Position numbers and translations under genes: made by a program. A DNA stretch of 64,000 bases from Octopus bimaculoides (lineage: Eukaryota), in assembly GCF_001194135.2 (NCBI RefSeq), contig NC_068989.1, positions 19,658,406 to 19,722,405 on the forward strand. The letters run 5' to 3'. The stretch's first letter is position 1. Each line of letters opens with the position of its first letter. Under the pieces are notes generated by a model. It was not told where the DNA came from. It saw nothing but the letters and a program-made list of their open reading frames with translations, and did not search any database. Of the stretch, positions 11,681-25,004 are shown piece by piece.

Positions 11681-14600
11681 TATTTAAAATACATGATCAT
11701 ATAAGTAAATCAATAAAATAGTAAGTGGCATTAAACAGGAAAGTATCCTCTGTTTAGCTTCACTGATTAATATTATTATTTAAGAACACAACCATAAAGG
11801 GTTTTTACTGTGCTGGGAACATTTAGATAAGTTTTATTGATATATTGCTCTTTAGTAGTATAAGTGCATAAATATTAATCATGACATTTTAATGATGATA
11901 CTTGACATCTACAAATAGAGTCCTGATTTTTGATAATTTTCTCACAGACTTTCAATGACCAACTCTCAAAAGATACTAGTAGTAAACCTGGACTATTGTT
12001 TACACTGCCGACTATTTTCACAATATGACTATTGTTTTACTCTGTTACGTTAATATCTTCTACCTATCTCCAGCCAGTTCAAAGTACTTACAAGTTATGC
12101 ACTCAGTGTGAAGAGCCCATGCTAAGGAGTTTCATAAGAAGAAATTCTGGCAAACCTTTCCTTCCTAGTTTAGGAAATTATTGTTAAGTAGGGCAGTAAA
12201 CAACACTATCTACCAAAATAACTATAGTATCAGGCTGATAAAAGCCTTGTGAGTGGATTTGTTAGAAACTGAAAGAATCCTTTGTGTGTGTGTGTGTGTG
12301 TGTGTGCATGTACACCTCCTTATGATATTGCATGATAGCAGTGTTATTTATATCCAGTCTTCCATGAAACATATCAGGTCATATGGAAATATATACCTTG
12401 CTTGGAAATAAGAGAGGATTGGCAACAGGAAGATCATCCAGCTGTAGAAATTATGCCCTGCCCATGAAAGCATTGAAAAGTGGGTATTAAAATGATGATG
12501 ATGATGATGATGATGGTTAAAGAGGGGATAGGTTTGCCCATACAGAATTTCTCAAAATTTACAGCAACAATAAGGTATGGAAGAATTGAGTTAGAACAGT
12601 ACTTTTGAAAATATGTTTAAAGAGGATGAAAAATGGTAACTTGAAAATTTTAGTACCATCATTTAAGTCATTGATATGAAATACTTCTCTTGTGAATTGA
12701 ATTTGAATAAGAGGCTAACATTTTATCTAGTTTGTATAAAATGTGGCTTTCTATTTGGGAAATTTTAATTAGCTAATTAAACCAATTTGTGATTAATGTA
12801 GAATAGAATATCAGTATCTGACCGGGTTGTGCTTCCTAGTTATAACTACTTTACTTTGTGTCTGATGTTCTTGGAAAAACCACAAGGTACACAGTTTTGC
12901 TTCTCTTGAAGTAGGATTATCTGTTCATTGATGGATACCTCTGATTGCTAAAAGCTAAGTAATTACTCAGTTCATCTTACTTGCATAAGTCAAATGAATA
13001 TTGGTTGATTAAATTGAATTGGTGATTCATTAAACAAATTAATCCTGTTAGAACAAATATAATTGATTTATCTTTCCAGTTTGTATTTACTCAAAAGTCA
13101 TGGAATGTATTGCAATCAAAAGCTTGTTAACTTACATCTTTGTGCCAAATTTAAAAAAAAAAAACTAAGATAAAATCAAAGAAAGTAGAGTAAAAAAACA
13201 AACACACCCAAAGTGTTTCATATTCTTGTATCTTTTTTATACAAAATACAATATTCCTGCATCTTTTTTTAAAATTTCTAGGTGAACTAATTCATAACTT
13301 TGTTTTACAACCATTTTTCCATGCTAGCATGGGTTAGATAAATGTATTATTAAGGTATGGTTTTACAGCTAGATGCCCTTCCTGTTCCTAACCCGTACCT
13401 ACTTTTCAAGGCATCTCTTCTTTACACAAGTTCAAAGTACGTAGGACTGCCTTATGTAACATATCTTGATTCTTACTGAAGGAAAACCAGCAGACAATTT
13501 TGTAACAGGGAAAAATGACATCTACATTAAACTAATTGTTGTGAATATTTTGGCTCAGTTTCAGAAAATGTTGAGTTTTTCACCCATTAGGGTGTCATTA
13601 GTATTTAGATTTAGTTCCTGTACTACAGGGGAATGATAAATGCCTCATCTATTTGGGAACTGTTTAAACTCAGTAAGGTAGTGAGCTGGCAGAATTGTTA
13701 GCATGTTGGGAGAAAATGCTTACAACATTTCGTCTGTCTTTACATTCTGAGTTCCGATTCTGCCGGGGTTGACTTTACTTTTCGTCTTTTAGGGGTTGAT
13801 AAAATAAGTATCAGCTGATCACTGGGGTCCCTCAAAAGTGCCAAAATTTGAAATCAATGGAAGGTGGCAGAATCATTAGCATACTCTTTACTCTTTTACT
13901 TGTTTCAGTCATTTGACTGCAGCCATGCTGGAGCACTGCCTTTTAGTCGAGCAAATCGACCCCAGGACTTATTCTTTGGAAGCCTAGTACTTATTCTATT
14001 GAACTCTTTTTTTGCTGAACCGCTAAGTTACAGGGACATAAACACACCAGCATCGGTTGTCAAGCGATGTTGGGGGGACAAACACAGACACACACACATA
14101 TACACACACATACACACATATATATATATATATACATATATACGACAGGCTTCTTTCAGTTTCCATCTACCAAATCCACTTACAAGGCTTTGGTCGGCCC
14201 GAGGCTATAGTAGATGACACTTGCCCAAGGTGCCATGCAGTGGGACTGAACCCAGAACCATGTGGTTGGTAAGCAAGCTACTTACCACACAGCCACTCCT
14301 ACGCCTGGGCAAAATACTTAGTGGCATTTCGTCCATCTTTACATTCTGAGTTTGAATTCTGCCAGGGTTGACTTTACCTTCCATCCTTGCAGACTTGATA
14401 AAATAAGTACCAGCTGAACACTGGGGTGGATGTTATCAACTTAACCCCTTCCCCCAAATTGCTGGACTTATGCCAAAATTTGAAACCAATTTTTAAGTTC
14501 AGTTTCTGTGCTACAGATAACATTTGAAGAATTTCCATATTAAACAGCAATGATAGATCTCTCTTGATTTGATTCTAGGTTTTTGGTTGACTATCTCATA

Positions 14601-16108
14601 CAACCATTTCTTGATCAACTTTTCCCTTGGTTACCATCAACACTCAATCCAAATTGTTTAGCTCCAAGTCAACCCTATTTTAACAGACTTAAAATCAAAG
14701 TTATTCAATCCAAGGCCATTTTATTTTCTTTTTCTAAATTAAATATTTAATTGTGATTTGGGAGTGACTTAGCTGCTACCCCCACCTTCAACTTCTAATC
14801 AGTTGAGTGATCATGTAGAGGTTACTTCATGCCATTTAGCTTCTTTCATCTTTCCTTTGTAAATTTCTTTCTATTTATAAAAGCCACTTATGTAATGCTT
14901 ATATATCATGATAACACAGGCTTACATGTACTTCTCAGATGTGTCATAGTTGTAGTTATTTAACCCCAGGCTAGTCCTGATTAAGTTGACCTATGATCAA
15001 AAGCATACTTAGAGTGTGATTTGATGGAAATTTGGCTGCTATTCCTAGAAGGTCCAGTGACCATGTAGATGCCCATTCATTGTTTCTAGTTCTTTCAATT
15101 GGTACATGATCATTCCATTCTCTTTGTTGTCCGGTCTCTGAGCTGCTGTCATCAACTACCTATTCTAGTCTGCTCTTTGGTCACTGATTATCATCAACCA
15201 CATGTCTTCATTTTTTTTTTGTTTTGGTCATGTCTAAATACTTTAAACAAATATTCCTTGCTCTACTTCAAATTCAATTGATGCTCTTTTTCCAGTTAAC
15301 ATATTCAATCCCTTCTCATCACATGTTTAAGGAAAAACAAATTGTACATATGCAAGCATGGCTGTGTGGTAAGAAGTTTGCTTCCCAACTACACTGTCCT
15401 GGGTTCAGCCCCACTGTGTAGCACCTTGAGCAAGTGTTTTCAACTATAGCCTTGGGCCAAGTAAGTGAATTTGGTAGATGGACTCTGAAAGAAGCATGTT
15501 GTATATGTGTTTGTGTATCTGTATTTGTCCCCATCACTGCTTAACAACTGGTGTGTTTACATCCCTGTAACTTAGCAGTTCAGCAAAAGGGTCAAAAGAA
15601 TGAGTACCAGGCTTAAAAAAAAAAAAAAAAAAAGTACTGGGGTTGATTTGTTTGACTAAATATTCTCCAAGGCAGTGCCCCAGCTTGGTCACAGTCTAAT
15701 GACTGAAACAAGTAAAAGATAAAAAAATATATTATGTTTATTTCAGACAAAGCATTAAGTATTGAATAATTCCAACTCTTGAATCAACTTCTTAGATCTC
15801 TCAAAGCAATTTGAAATATTTCTGAATACTTAACTTTGGTTTCCCACCCTTTTTATGGTAAACACTGTGTGTGTGTGTGTGTGTGTGGNNNNNNNNNNNN
15901 NNNNNNNNNNNNNNNNNNNNNNNNNNTGTGTGTGTGTGTGTGTATGTGTGTGTGTGCGCGCACGCGCTTTTTGAGAATTCTAAAATAAAATCTTCATTAA
16001 TGTTAAAAATTTGTTTGAAAAGATTTTGATTTTAAGAAATGAACATTTAAATTTCGTTTTGGGTTTAGTTTTCAAGATTCTTTATGTGTGTTCATGTGTT
16101 GAAGCATA

Positions 16109-16227
16109 TTTTGTTGTGTCTGGGGAGAGTCATTCTCTTTTAGTGCCTTATGAGTGGAAACTTTACCATTGAGTGTGTTAAACAATAAGGCACTAAAAGA
16201 GGATGACTCTCCCCAGACACAACAAAA
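16109..16227. repeat. Near-perfect 43-bp inverted repeat with 33-nt spacer
   Basis: Arms at 16109-16151 and 16185-16227, with one mismatch that is a U-G pair on the plus-strand RNA. Confidence 0.92.
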
Positions 16228-18789
16228 CGTTTAAATTGAGATAGGTAAATTCACAAACATATTTACATGCACTAACATATATCATAGCAGAATAATGAAT
16301 GAAATGAGAAAAACCTCTAACAATGCGTAAAGTTTAAGAAAAGCTTTATATTTTAGATGCTAAGATCTATCTTCAGAACACTCTTGTCACATGTTAGCAT
16401 ATAACTCTATATGTATACAATTTCACCCATGGATAAATGTGCATTTCTGCACATACACATGACGAAACTTAGAAAACTTATCACTGAATTGACAGACTTC
16501 TAGCTGAATTTGGATAAGAAGTTTTTGTTAAACCATTTCATTGCAACCTCCACTGATGGTCTAATTCATATGTCTTCATCATTGGCATACCTCAAATTTT
16601 CATCCTGTTAACCACCGTGTTCCTTTTGTACAATAATGGTCTTCTTCTTCATGACACATAACTGATACCACCTTTCATTCCTCACTTAATTCTCAGTTCA
16701 AATCTTACGTCATCAATGTAAATTTTTTCATCCTTCTGGGGTTAATTAAATAACTGACTACCTTAAGTAGATAACTACTTAAGGTGGTGAATTGGCAGAG
16801 TTGTTAGAGCATTGGTTAGGGGTAGTGAGAGTGATTGTTCTGATTCTATGCTCTCTGAGTGCAAATCCTGATGAGGTCATCTTCACCTTTCATACTTTGC
16901 TTGTTAAAAAAAGAGTACCAGGTTGGGACAGTGGATTGGCAGAACTGTAAGAAGATTGGACATGATGCCTTGCAATATCTCTTGCTGTGATGACACAGGT
17001 GCTGAGCTGTATTGGTCCAAATTGGTAATCTTCCCTGTGGATAACTTCAATAGTATGAAAAAGGGAGACTTTCATACATGGATAACTGCCAGTGTTCCTC
17101 AGAAGAAAAAATTTTGTCCAGGCTTATGCATTCATGTACAGACACATGGGTGGCCTTGACTGACAGATGCCTTATATACAGTCAAATACTGCCCCTAAAA
17201 AAATTGTGGTTTTGTACTGAAGGTAGAAACTTATTTAATCCAAAAAAGAAGAAGCAATGTATATTCCATAGACCTTACAAACCTTGCTAGACTGGTGAGA
17301 TCACTGTGGATGAGGTTCAGCTTGAACCTCTGTAATTTCGTCAGGTATAATACAAATATGTGAAGATGCATGGTCCAGTGGTTAGGGTGTTCCACTCATA
17401 ATTGCTAGATCATGGTTTCAATTCCCTGACAGGCAGTGCTTTGTGTTCTTGAGCAAAACACTTCATTTCATGTTGCTCCAATCCACTCAGCTGTTAATGG
17501 GTAACTCTGCAACAGACTAGTGTTGCGTTCAGGGTGAATGTTGTCCTGCTTGCCAAGCTAGTAGGGTGGCAAGATTCAAAAGCTACAACAATGCAAGGAA
17601 GTGCATTGAGAGCCGCAGTGTATAACACATCTGATAGTCTGGGCAATACAATGATACAGTGATAATATAAGTATAGGTTAGGGCATTGGGTTCACAATCA
17701 TGAAGTAGTGAGTTCAATTCCTGGACCAGGCTGTGTGTTGTGTTCTTAAGCAAGACACTTTATTTCACATTGCTTCAGTTCACTCAGCTGTAGAAATAAG
17801 TTGCAATGTCATTGGTGCCAAGCTGTATCCACCTTTGCCTTTCCCTTGGATAAGATTGGTGGTGTGGAGAGAAGAGGCTGGTATTCATGGACGATTGCTG
17901 GTCTTCCACAAACAACCCTGCCTGGGCATGTGCCTTGGAGGTAACTTTCTAGGTGCAATCCCATGGTCATTCATGACCAAAGATGTGTGTGTGTGTGTGT
18001 GTGTATGAAGGGTTCTTTTTACAAGCTTAGTCGGATTTTCAGGGGATTGCATTTGTGAGGAGGAAGGATTCAGAAACAGTTTTTCATATAAAATTTGGTG
18101 AGGGATTGATTGACAGTAGAAGGGGGATTGAGAAGAGGAGAGACAGGTGTATTGAGTGAGTTTTGGTGGAAGCGGTAGTAGGTCTTATCATCATACGGAA
18201 TTTCATGTCATATGATTGTTGGCTCTGTTGCTCCAATCCACTACAGTTGCATTGTGCTATAAGTGTGCATGTAGAGTAGGGTGGATGGGTGGATGACTAT
18301 GTTTACACAGCTGTAAACACAGTTACCCCCCCCCCCCCTACCCTACACTTCTGGTGTGAATGTGTGACAAGGGTGTAAAGTAGCTAAATTCCACTCAGCT
18401 GTAAGATCACAGGTATTAAGTGTCCTTTTTTTTTATATGTATATTTTATAAATAGTGGCTTATCATTAAAACATTGACCATGGAAGTACAGATAAGTGCA
18501 ACACTACCTGTTCTCTCTCACTCTCTCTCTCTCTCTCTCTCGTTTGTTCATTTCTTCTGCGCCAATTCCTTCCCTCTCTTTGGCTTCCTCCTCAACCTTC
18601 TCCTCCTCGCTTTCTGGTCATTACTCTTAGACATTGGTTGTTAGTCTTACACAGGCTTCTTTTGTTTGTCCTTTGATGTTCAGCCACCCACCTGCTTGCC
18701 TCTTATCTCTACAGTCCCTCCTGATCAACAAAGATTACTAGTTTTATCTTTGTTCTTCAGTTGCTGGCTTCTTCAAGTAGTTTCCATTT

Positions 18790-18832
<43 letters not shown>

Positions 18833-18892
18833 CTCTCTCTCCCTCCCTCTCCCCTCTCTCTCTCCCTTCTCTCTCTCTCTCCCTTCTCTCTC

Positions 18893-19890
18893 NNNNNNNN
18901 NNNNNNNNNNNNNNNNNNNNNNNNNNNNNNNNNNNNNNNNNNNNNNNNNNNNNNNNNNNNNNNNNNNNNNNNNNNNNNNNNNNNNNNNNNNNNNNNNNNN
19001 NNNNNNNNNNNNNNNNNNNNNNNNNNNNNNNNNNNNNNNNNNNNNNNNNNNNNNNNNNNNNNNNNNNNNNNNNNNNNNNNNNNNNNNNNNNNNNNNNNNN
19101 NNNNNNNNNNNNNNNNNNNNNNNNNNNNNNNNNNNNNNNNNNNNNNNNNNNNNNNNNNNNNNNNNNNNNNNNNNNNNNNNNNNNNNNNNNNNNNNNNNNN
19201 NNNNNNNNNNNNNNNNNNNNNNNNNNNNNNNNNNNNNNNNNNNNNNNNNNNNNNNNNNNNNNNNNNNNNNNNNNNNNNNNNNNNNNNNNNNNNNNNNNNN
19301 NNNNNNNNNNNNNNNNNNNNNNNNNNNNNNNNNNNNNNNNNNNNNNNNNNNNNNNNNNNNNNNNNNNNNNNNNNNNNNNNNNNNNNNNNNNNNNNNNNNN
19401 NNNNNNNNNNNNNNNNNNNNNNNNNNNNNNNNNNNNNNNNNNNNNNNNNNNNNNNNNNNNNNNNNNNNNNNNNNNNNNNNNNNNNNNNNNNNNNNNNNNN
19501 NNNNNNNNNNNNNNNNNNNNNNNNNNNNNNNNNNNNNNNNNNNNNNNNNNNNNNNNNNNNNNNNNNNNNNNNNNNNNNNNNNNNNNNNNNNNNNNNNNNN
19601 NNNNNNNNNNNNNNNNNNNNNNNNNNNNNNNNNNNNNNNNNNNNNNNNNNNNNNNNNNNNNNNNNNNNNNNNNNNNNNNNNNNNNNNNNNNNNNNNNNNN
19701 NNNNNNNNNNNNNNNNNNNNNNNNNNNNNNNNNNNNNNNNNNNNNNNNNNNNNNNNNNNNNNNNNNNNNNNNNNNNNNNNNNNNNNNNNNNNNNNNNNNN
19801 NNNNNNNNNNNNNNNNNNNNNNNNNNNNNNNNNNNNNNNNNNNNNNNNNNNNNNNNNNNNNNNNNNNNNNNNNNNNNNNNNNNNNNNNNN
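18893..19890. other. Assembly gap (N-run)
   Basis: Other gaps: 15889-15926, 20811-20877, 23942-24756, 29129-29191, 44098-44899, 46791-46859, 48475-48536, 59440-59449, 62548-62566. Most are flanked by microsatellites. Confidence 0.99.
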
Positions 19891-20765
19891 TCTCTCTCTC
19901 TCTCTCTCTCTTTCTATCTCATCTCTCTCTCTCTCTCTCTCGGAATCTCATTTTATATCTGTCTCACTTTCACCTACTTCAGACTTTCAACATCTCTCTC
20001 TCTCCCGCCCTCTCTCCCACCCTCTCTCCCTCACTCCCTTTATTTGAAATCTTCATCCCTCAAGCTACAATTGTCTCCTCCTCATAATATACTTAGTTTT
20101 TCTAATACCTTAATCTTATTCTTTTTATACCTTAATCTTATTCTTTTTATATGCATGTATATAAGTACATGTATGTATGTATGTATATGTTTGTGTGTAT
20201 TATTAGGGTTTATCATCTATATAATTATTTCAATAAAATTTATACATGTATACATACATACGTGCATAAAACAAAACATACAAATCTGCACGAATACATA
20301 CATACATACATACATACATACATACATACCCTGTTGTTGATGTTGAAATTCCAATGAAGGAGCCTTGGATCTAGGTTAGAAACCGGCTCTTTCGCTATTG
20401 GCAAGAAATCTTGAAATAAAACTGAATATACATACATGTAGAATGTATAATAAATATGTATAATTTTCTAATTAACCGATATATTTTTCATTTATCAGCA
20501 ACAAATATTTCTTTGAAATCCTAATTGTTCCCTTAGAGTAGTTAAAGACAAATACTCTTTTACTTGTTTCAGTCATTTGACTGCGGCCATGCTGGAGCAC
20601 CGCCTTCAGTCGAGCAAATCGACCCTAGGACTTATTCTTTGTAAGCCTAGTACTTATTCTATCAGTCTCTTTTGCTGAACTGCTAAGTTACAGGGATGTA
20701 AACACACCAGCATCGGTTGTCAAGCGATGTTGGGGGGGGGGACAAACACAGACACACAAACATAT

Positions 20766-20810
<45 letters not shown>

Positions 20811-21535
20811 NNNNNNNNNNNNNNNNNNNNNNNNNNNNNNNNNNNNNNNNNNNNNNNNNNNNNNNNNNNNNNNNNNNATATACACATATATACGACGGGC
20901 TTCTTTCAGTTTCTGTCTACCAAATCCACTCACAAGGCTTTGGTCGGCCCGAGGCTATAGTAGAAGACACTTGCCCAAGGTGCCACGCAGTGGGACTGAA
21001 CCCAGAACCATGTGGTTGGTAAGCAAGCTACTTACCACACAGCCACTCCCACACTTATGAGTCACCTTGCATCAGCTTCCTTTCTTTCTTGTTTTCCTTT
21101 TTCCTTTTTTTTTTTCTGTCTTCTGGTTTATCCTTTTCTTCCTTTCTTTCTTCTCTTCCACACCTTCTTCCTATCTTTTCTTCTTTTGTTTGGTTCCTCC
21201 TTTTCTTATCATTTTCTTTTGTCCAGTATTTCTTTCCCTTCTTGTCTTTCTCTCCTTTCTGTGCTCTGTTCTATTAATCCCTCAATCTTCACTGCATTTC
21301 ATCAGATTATAAACTATGTGACATCTCATTATCACTTGTTGAGGCCTTCTTTTATACATCTTTATTAAATTACTTATATAAGTGTCCAGCTTGGTTGTGT
21401 GGTTAAGAAGATTGCTTTGCAAATATTTGGTTTCCCAATGCACAGCTCCATGGGCAAGTGTCTTGTACTATAGCCCCAGGCCAACCAATGCCTTGTGTGA
21501 GTGAACTTAGTTGATAGAAACTGTGTGGAAGCCTG

Positions 21536-21575
<40 letters not shown>

Positions 21576-21700
21576 ATTTGTGTTTGTCCTTACCACAGTT
21601 TGACAACTGGTGTTGTTTTGTTTATGAATGATAGAATAAGTACCAAACTTAAAAAATAAGTGCTGGGGTCAAATTGCTTGACCAAAACCCTTCAAGGTGG

Positions 21701-22057
21701 TACAGTTCTATATTTAAGAGATGAGGAATTATGTACATTATTTACATTCAACGGTTATTTGTCCTAATCTTGTTTGTTGTTAACACAACATTTCAGCTGA
21801 TATACCCTCCAGCCTTCATCAGGTGTCTTGGGGAAATTTCGAACCTGGGTTCTCATTCTTAAGATATTTTTTGATGTTATTATTATTATTATTATTATTC
21901 AGGTCATTGCTTGAAATTGAACTCAGAATCTTGGGGTTAGTAGCCCACGCTCTTAACCACTACGCTATATGCCTGTGGGCAGTTATGGAGTGAATTTTAG
22001 GGCTTATAAATCTAATATTTTTCTATCCTTCCTTAATACCGGTTCCCATATGCTACT
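21701..22057 (-). mobile_element. Composite repeat: leader, tRNA-like Pol III cassette (21900-21970), (AAT)n, hammerhead, 3' tail
   Basis: Minus strand has A-box TAGCGTAGTGG, an anticodon-like arm TGGG-CTACTAA-CCCA and B-box-like GAGTTCAATTTC, followed by (AAT)n and the HHR. The 21701 end truncates a flanking SINE tail. The 22057 boundary is approximate. Confidence 0.65.
21783..21826 (-). ncRNA. Minimal type I hammerhead ribozyme
   Basis: Minus strand: ACAC CTGATGA A GGCTG gagggtatat CAGCT GAA ATGT T GTGT. Stem I is ACAC/GTGT, the core is canonical, stem II has 5 bp, and stem III ATGT is probably a decayed palindromic ACGT. Predicted GUU cleavage falls between 21787 and 21786. Confidence 0.75.
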
Positions 22058-23184
22058 CATATCTGCGCAGGTGGGCAACAAGAAGGGCATCTGGCTGTTG
22101 AAAATCTGCTTCAGCAGATTCTGTCTGACCCATGCAAGCATGGAAAAGTGGATGAGAGTAAAATGATGATTATGGTATTTTGGTGCATGTGTATATGCAC
22201 GTGCACATGCACACACATACACACACACACTTATTAAATATATCAGCCCTCAAATCCAATGGTATCATTTGGTCATGTAGTTTTAGACACACTTAATCTG
22301 AAACTGAAAGTCAAGATGGTTATAGGTATTATGTCTTTAATCAATGCATAATGTTGGATCACAGCTGATCAGAGGTTAAATAACAACACCAACAACTAAA
22401 CATTACATATCACTGAGTGTAAAATGTAGTTATAAACTAGATTAGAAACTAGATTTTTCTGGACCTTTATGTCACTCTGTAGTACTTTATAGACAGGCTG
22501 TAGTTCAAGTCAAATTTGGTAGACTACTGATAACAACTGTGCAACAATAACAATTATGTAAGAAAGGAAAATATTATTTCTTCTTAAAAATAGGTTTAAA
22601 AATAAAAATCAATAAAAATAAGCTAGAAATAACAATAATTTATCGATCACAGTTTTTATCTTATTGCATTTTAATGTAATTTTTTCTGTCCAATAGACAT
22701 AATGATGATCACATCCACCCATGAATAGTCGAGAATATTTTGTTTGTACTTGAAATAATCATTTACATCCTTTTGTTCAGCTCTTTGTTCTACCACAATA
22801 ATTATTTATTCACTCATTCTAACACCCTTTCTCACACACACACTATATATATATATATATATATAGTGTTTAATGAACACAGTATATATTTTTATGAGCT
22901 ACTAATAGTTTCATGCGATGAAAATTTACATAGACATCATTTTATAACATGGTGCCTTCATGCAATCTTAAGGCTGTGCTCACATGGCATACACAAGTTG
23001 TTTTAGTTTGCATATGCCATGTGAGTATGTATGTATGTATGTGTGTGTCTATGCATGTATGTAATGGCTGTATGGTAACAAGTTTACTTTCCAATCACAT
23101 GGTTCCAGGTTCATTCCTATTGAGTGGTACCTTGGGCAAGTGTGGATTTGGTAGATGAAAACTGAAAGAAACCTTTTGTGTGTA

Positions 23185-23903
23185 TCATCATCATCATCGT
23201 TGTTTAACGTCTGCTTTCCATTCTGGCATAGGTTGGACGGTTTGACTGAGGGCTGGTAAGCCAGAAGGCTGCTTCAGGCGCCAATCAGATTTGGCAAAGT
23301 TTCTATGCCCTTTCTATGCCAACCACTCTTGGATGCCCTTTCTAATGCCAACCACTCTTATTGTGTAGTGAGTGCTTTTTACATGCCACTGGCACGAGGG
23401 CCAGTTAGGTGGTGGTGACATCATTCACACTTGAATGGTGCTCTTTACGTGCCACCAGCACACAAGCCAGTCAGGCGGCACTGGCATCAACCACACATGA
23501 ATGATGCTTTTTACGTGCCACCGGCACAGGTGCCAATCAGGCGGTACTGTCACCAGTCACGACAGTGGCTTCACTTAACTCAACAGGTCTTTGCAAGTGC
23601 AGTTTATTGCCCAGTGATTGAAGGGTACTCTTAAATGGGCCAGTTATGCTGCAGTGGCATAGGCCATGGTTACAGTCTCACTTGGCTTGCCGGGTCTTCT
23701 CAAGAACTGCATACCTCCAAAGGTCTTGGTTGTTTGTTATCGCCTCTGTGAGGCCCAGCGCTTGAAGGTCGTGCTTCACCACCTCATCCCAGGTCTTCCT
23801 GGGTCTATCTCTTCCACAGGTTCTCTATACTGCTAGGGTGTGACACTTTTTCACACAGCTGTCCTCATCCATATGCAACATATGACCATACCAGCACAGT
23901 CGT
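23185..23903 (-). mobile_element. RTE LINE 3' end (ORF C-terminus plus repetitive 3' UTR)
   Basis: Minus strand gives RLCWYGHMLHMDEDSCVKKCH...RPRKTWDEVVKHDLQ.LGL..., then repeated GTGCCAGTGGCACGTAAAA-type units and a (GAT)n tail. Confidence 0.85.
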
Positions 23904-23904
23904 A

Positions 23905-23941
<37 letters not shown>

Positions 23942-25004
23942 NNNNNNNNNNNNNNNNNNNNNNNNNNNNNNNNNNNNNNNNNNNNNNNNNNNNNNNNNNN
24001 NNNNNNNNNNNNNNNNNNNNNNNNNNNNNNNNNNNNNNNNNNNNNNNNNNNNNNNNNNNNNNNNNNNNNNNNNNNNNNNNNNNNNNNNNNNNNNNNNNNN
24101 NNNNNNNNNNNNNNNNNNNNNNNNNNNNNNNNNNNNNNNNNNNNNNNNNNNNNNNNNNNNNNNNNNNNNNNNNNNNNNNNNNNNNNNNNNNNNNNNNNNN
24201 NNNNNNNNNNNNNNNNNNNNNNNNNNNNNNNNNNNNNNNNNNNNNNNNNNNNNNNNNNNNNNNNNNNNNNNNNNNNNNNNNNNNNNNNNNNNNNNNNNNN
24301 NNNNNNNNNNNNNNNNNNNNNNNNNNNNNNNNNNNNNNNNNNNNNNNNNNNNNNNNNNNNNNNNNNNNNNNNNNNNNNNNNNNNNNNNNNNNNNNNNNNN
24401 NNNNNNNNNNNNNNNNNNNNNNNNNNNNNNNNNNNNNNNNNNNNNNNNNNNNNNNNNNNNNNNNNNNNNNNNNNNNNNNNNNNNNNNNNNNNNNNNNNNN
24501 NNNNNNNNNNNNNNNNNNNNNNNNNNNNNNNNNNNNNNNNNNNNNNNNNNNNNNNNNNNNNNNNNNNNNNNNNNNNNNNNNNNNNNNNNNNNNNNNNNNN
24601 NNNNNNNNNNNNNNNNNNNNNNNNNNNNNNNNNNNNNNNNNNNNNNNNNNNNNNNNNNNNNNNNNNNNNNNNNNNNNNNNNNNNNNNNNNNNNNNNNNNN
24701 NNNNNNNNNNNNNNNNNNNNNNNNNNNNNNNNNNNNNNNNNNNNNNNNNNNNNNNATGTGTGTGTATGTGCGTGTGTGTGTGTATGTGTGTGTATGTGCG
24801 TGTGTGTGTGCATGTGTAAAAGTGCGTGTGATGTGTGCATGTTTTTTTCAAAAAAGGGTGTGTGGATAAAGTCACTGAGAGGAGGGGGCTGTGTTGAGTC
24901 CAAAAGGAGTTTGGGTGTCACTTCTGGTTGCTTCAGCAATGTTACTACACACATACTGTTGGTTTTTTTTTTTTTTTTTTACCTCTTTGGACTTTTTTGT
25001 TTTC

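Noticed and set aside
13864-14272. Recurrent similar ORFs (MSSDVGG..., MAESLAY..., MPVPPDW...) suggesting a gene family
   Set aside because: They are translations of multicopy SINEs and RTE 3' UTRs, not genes.
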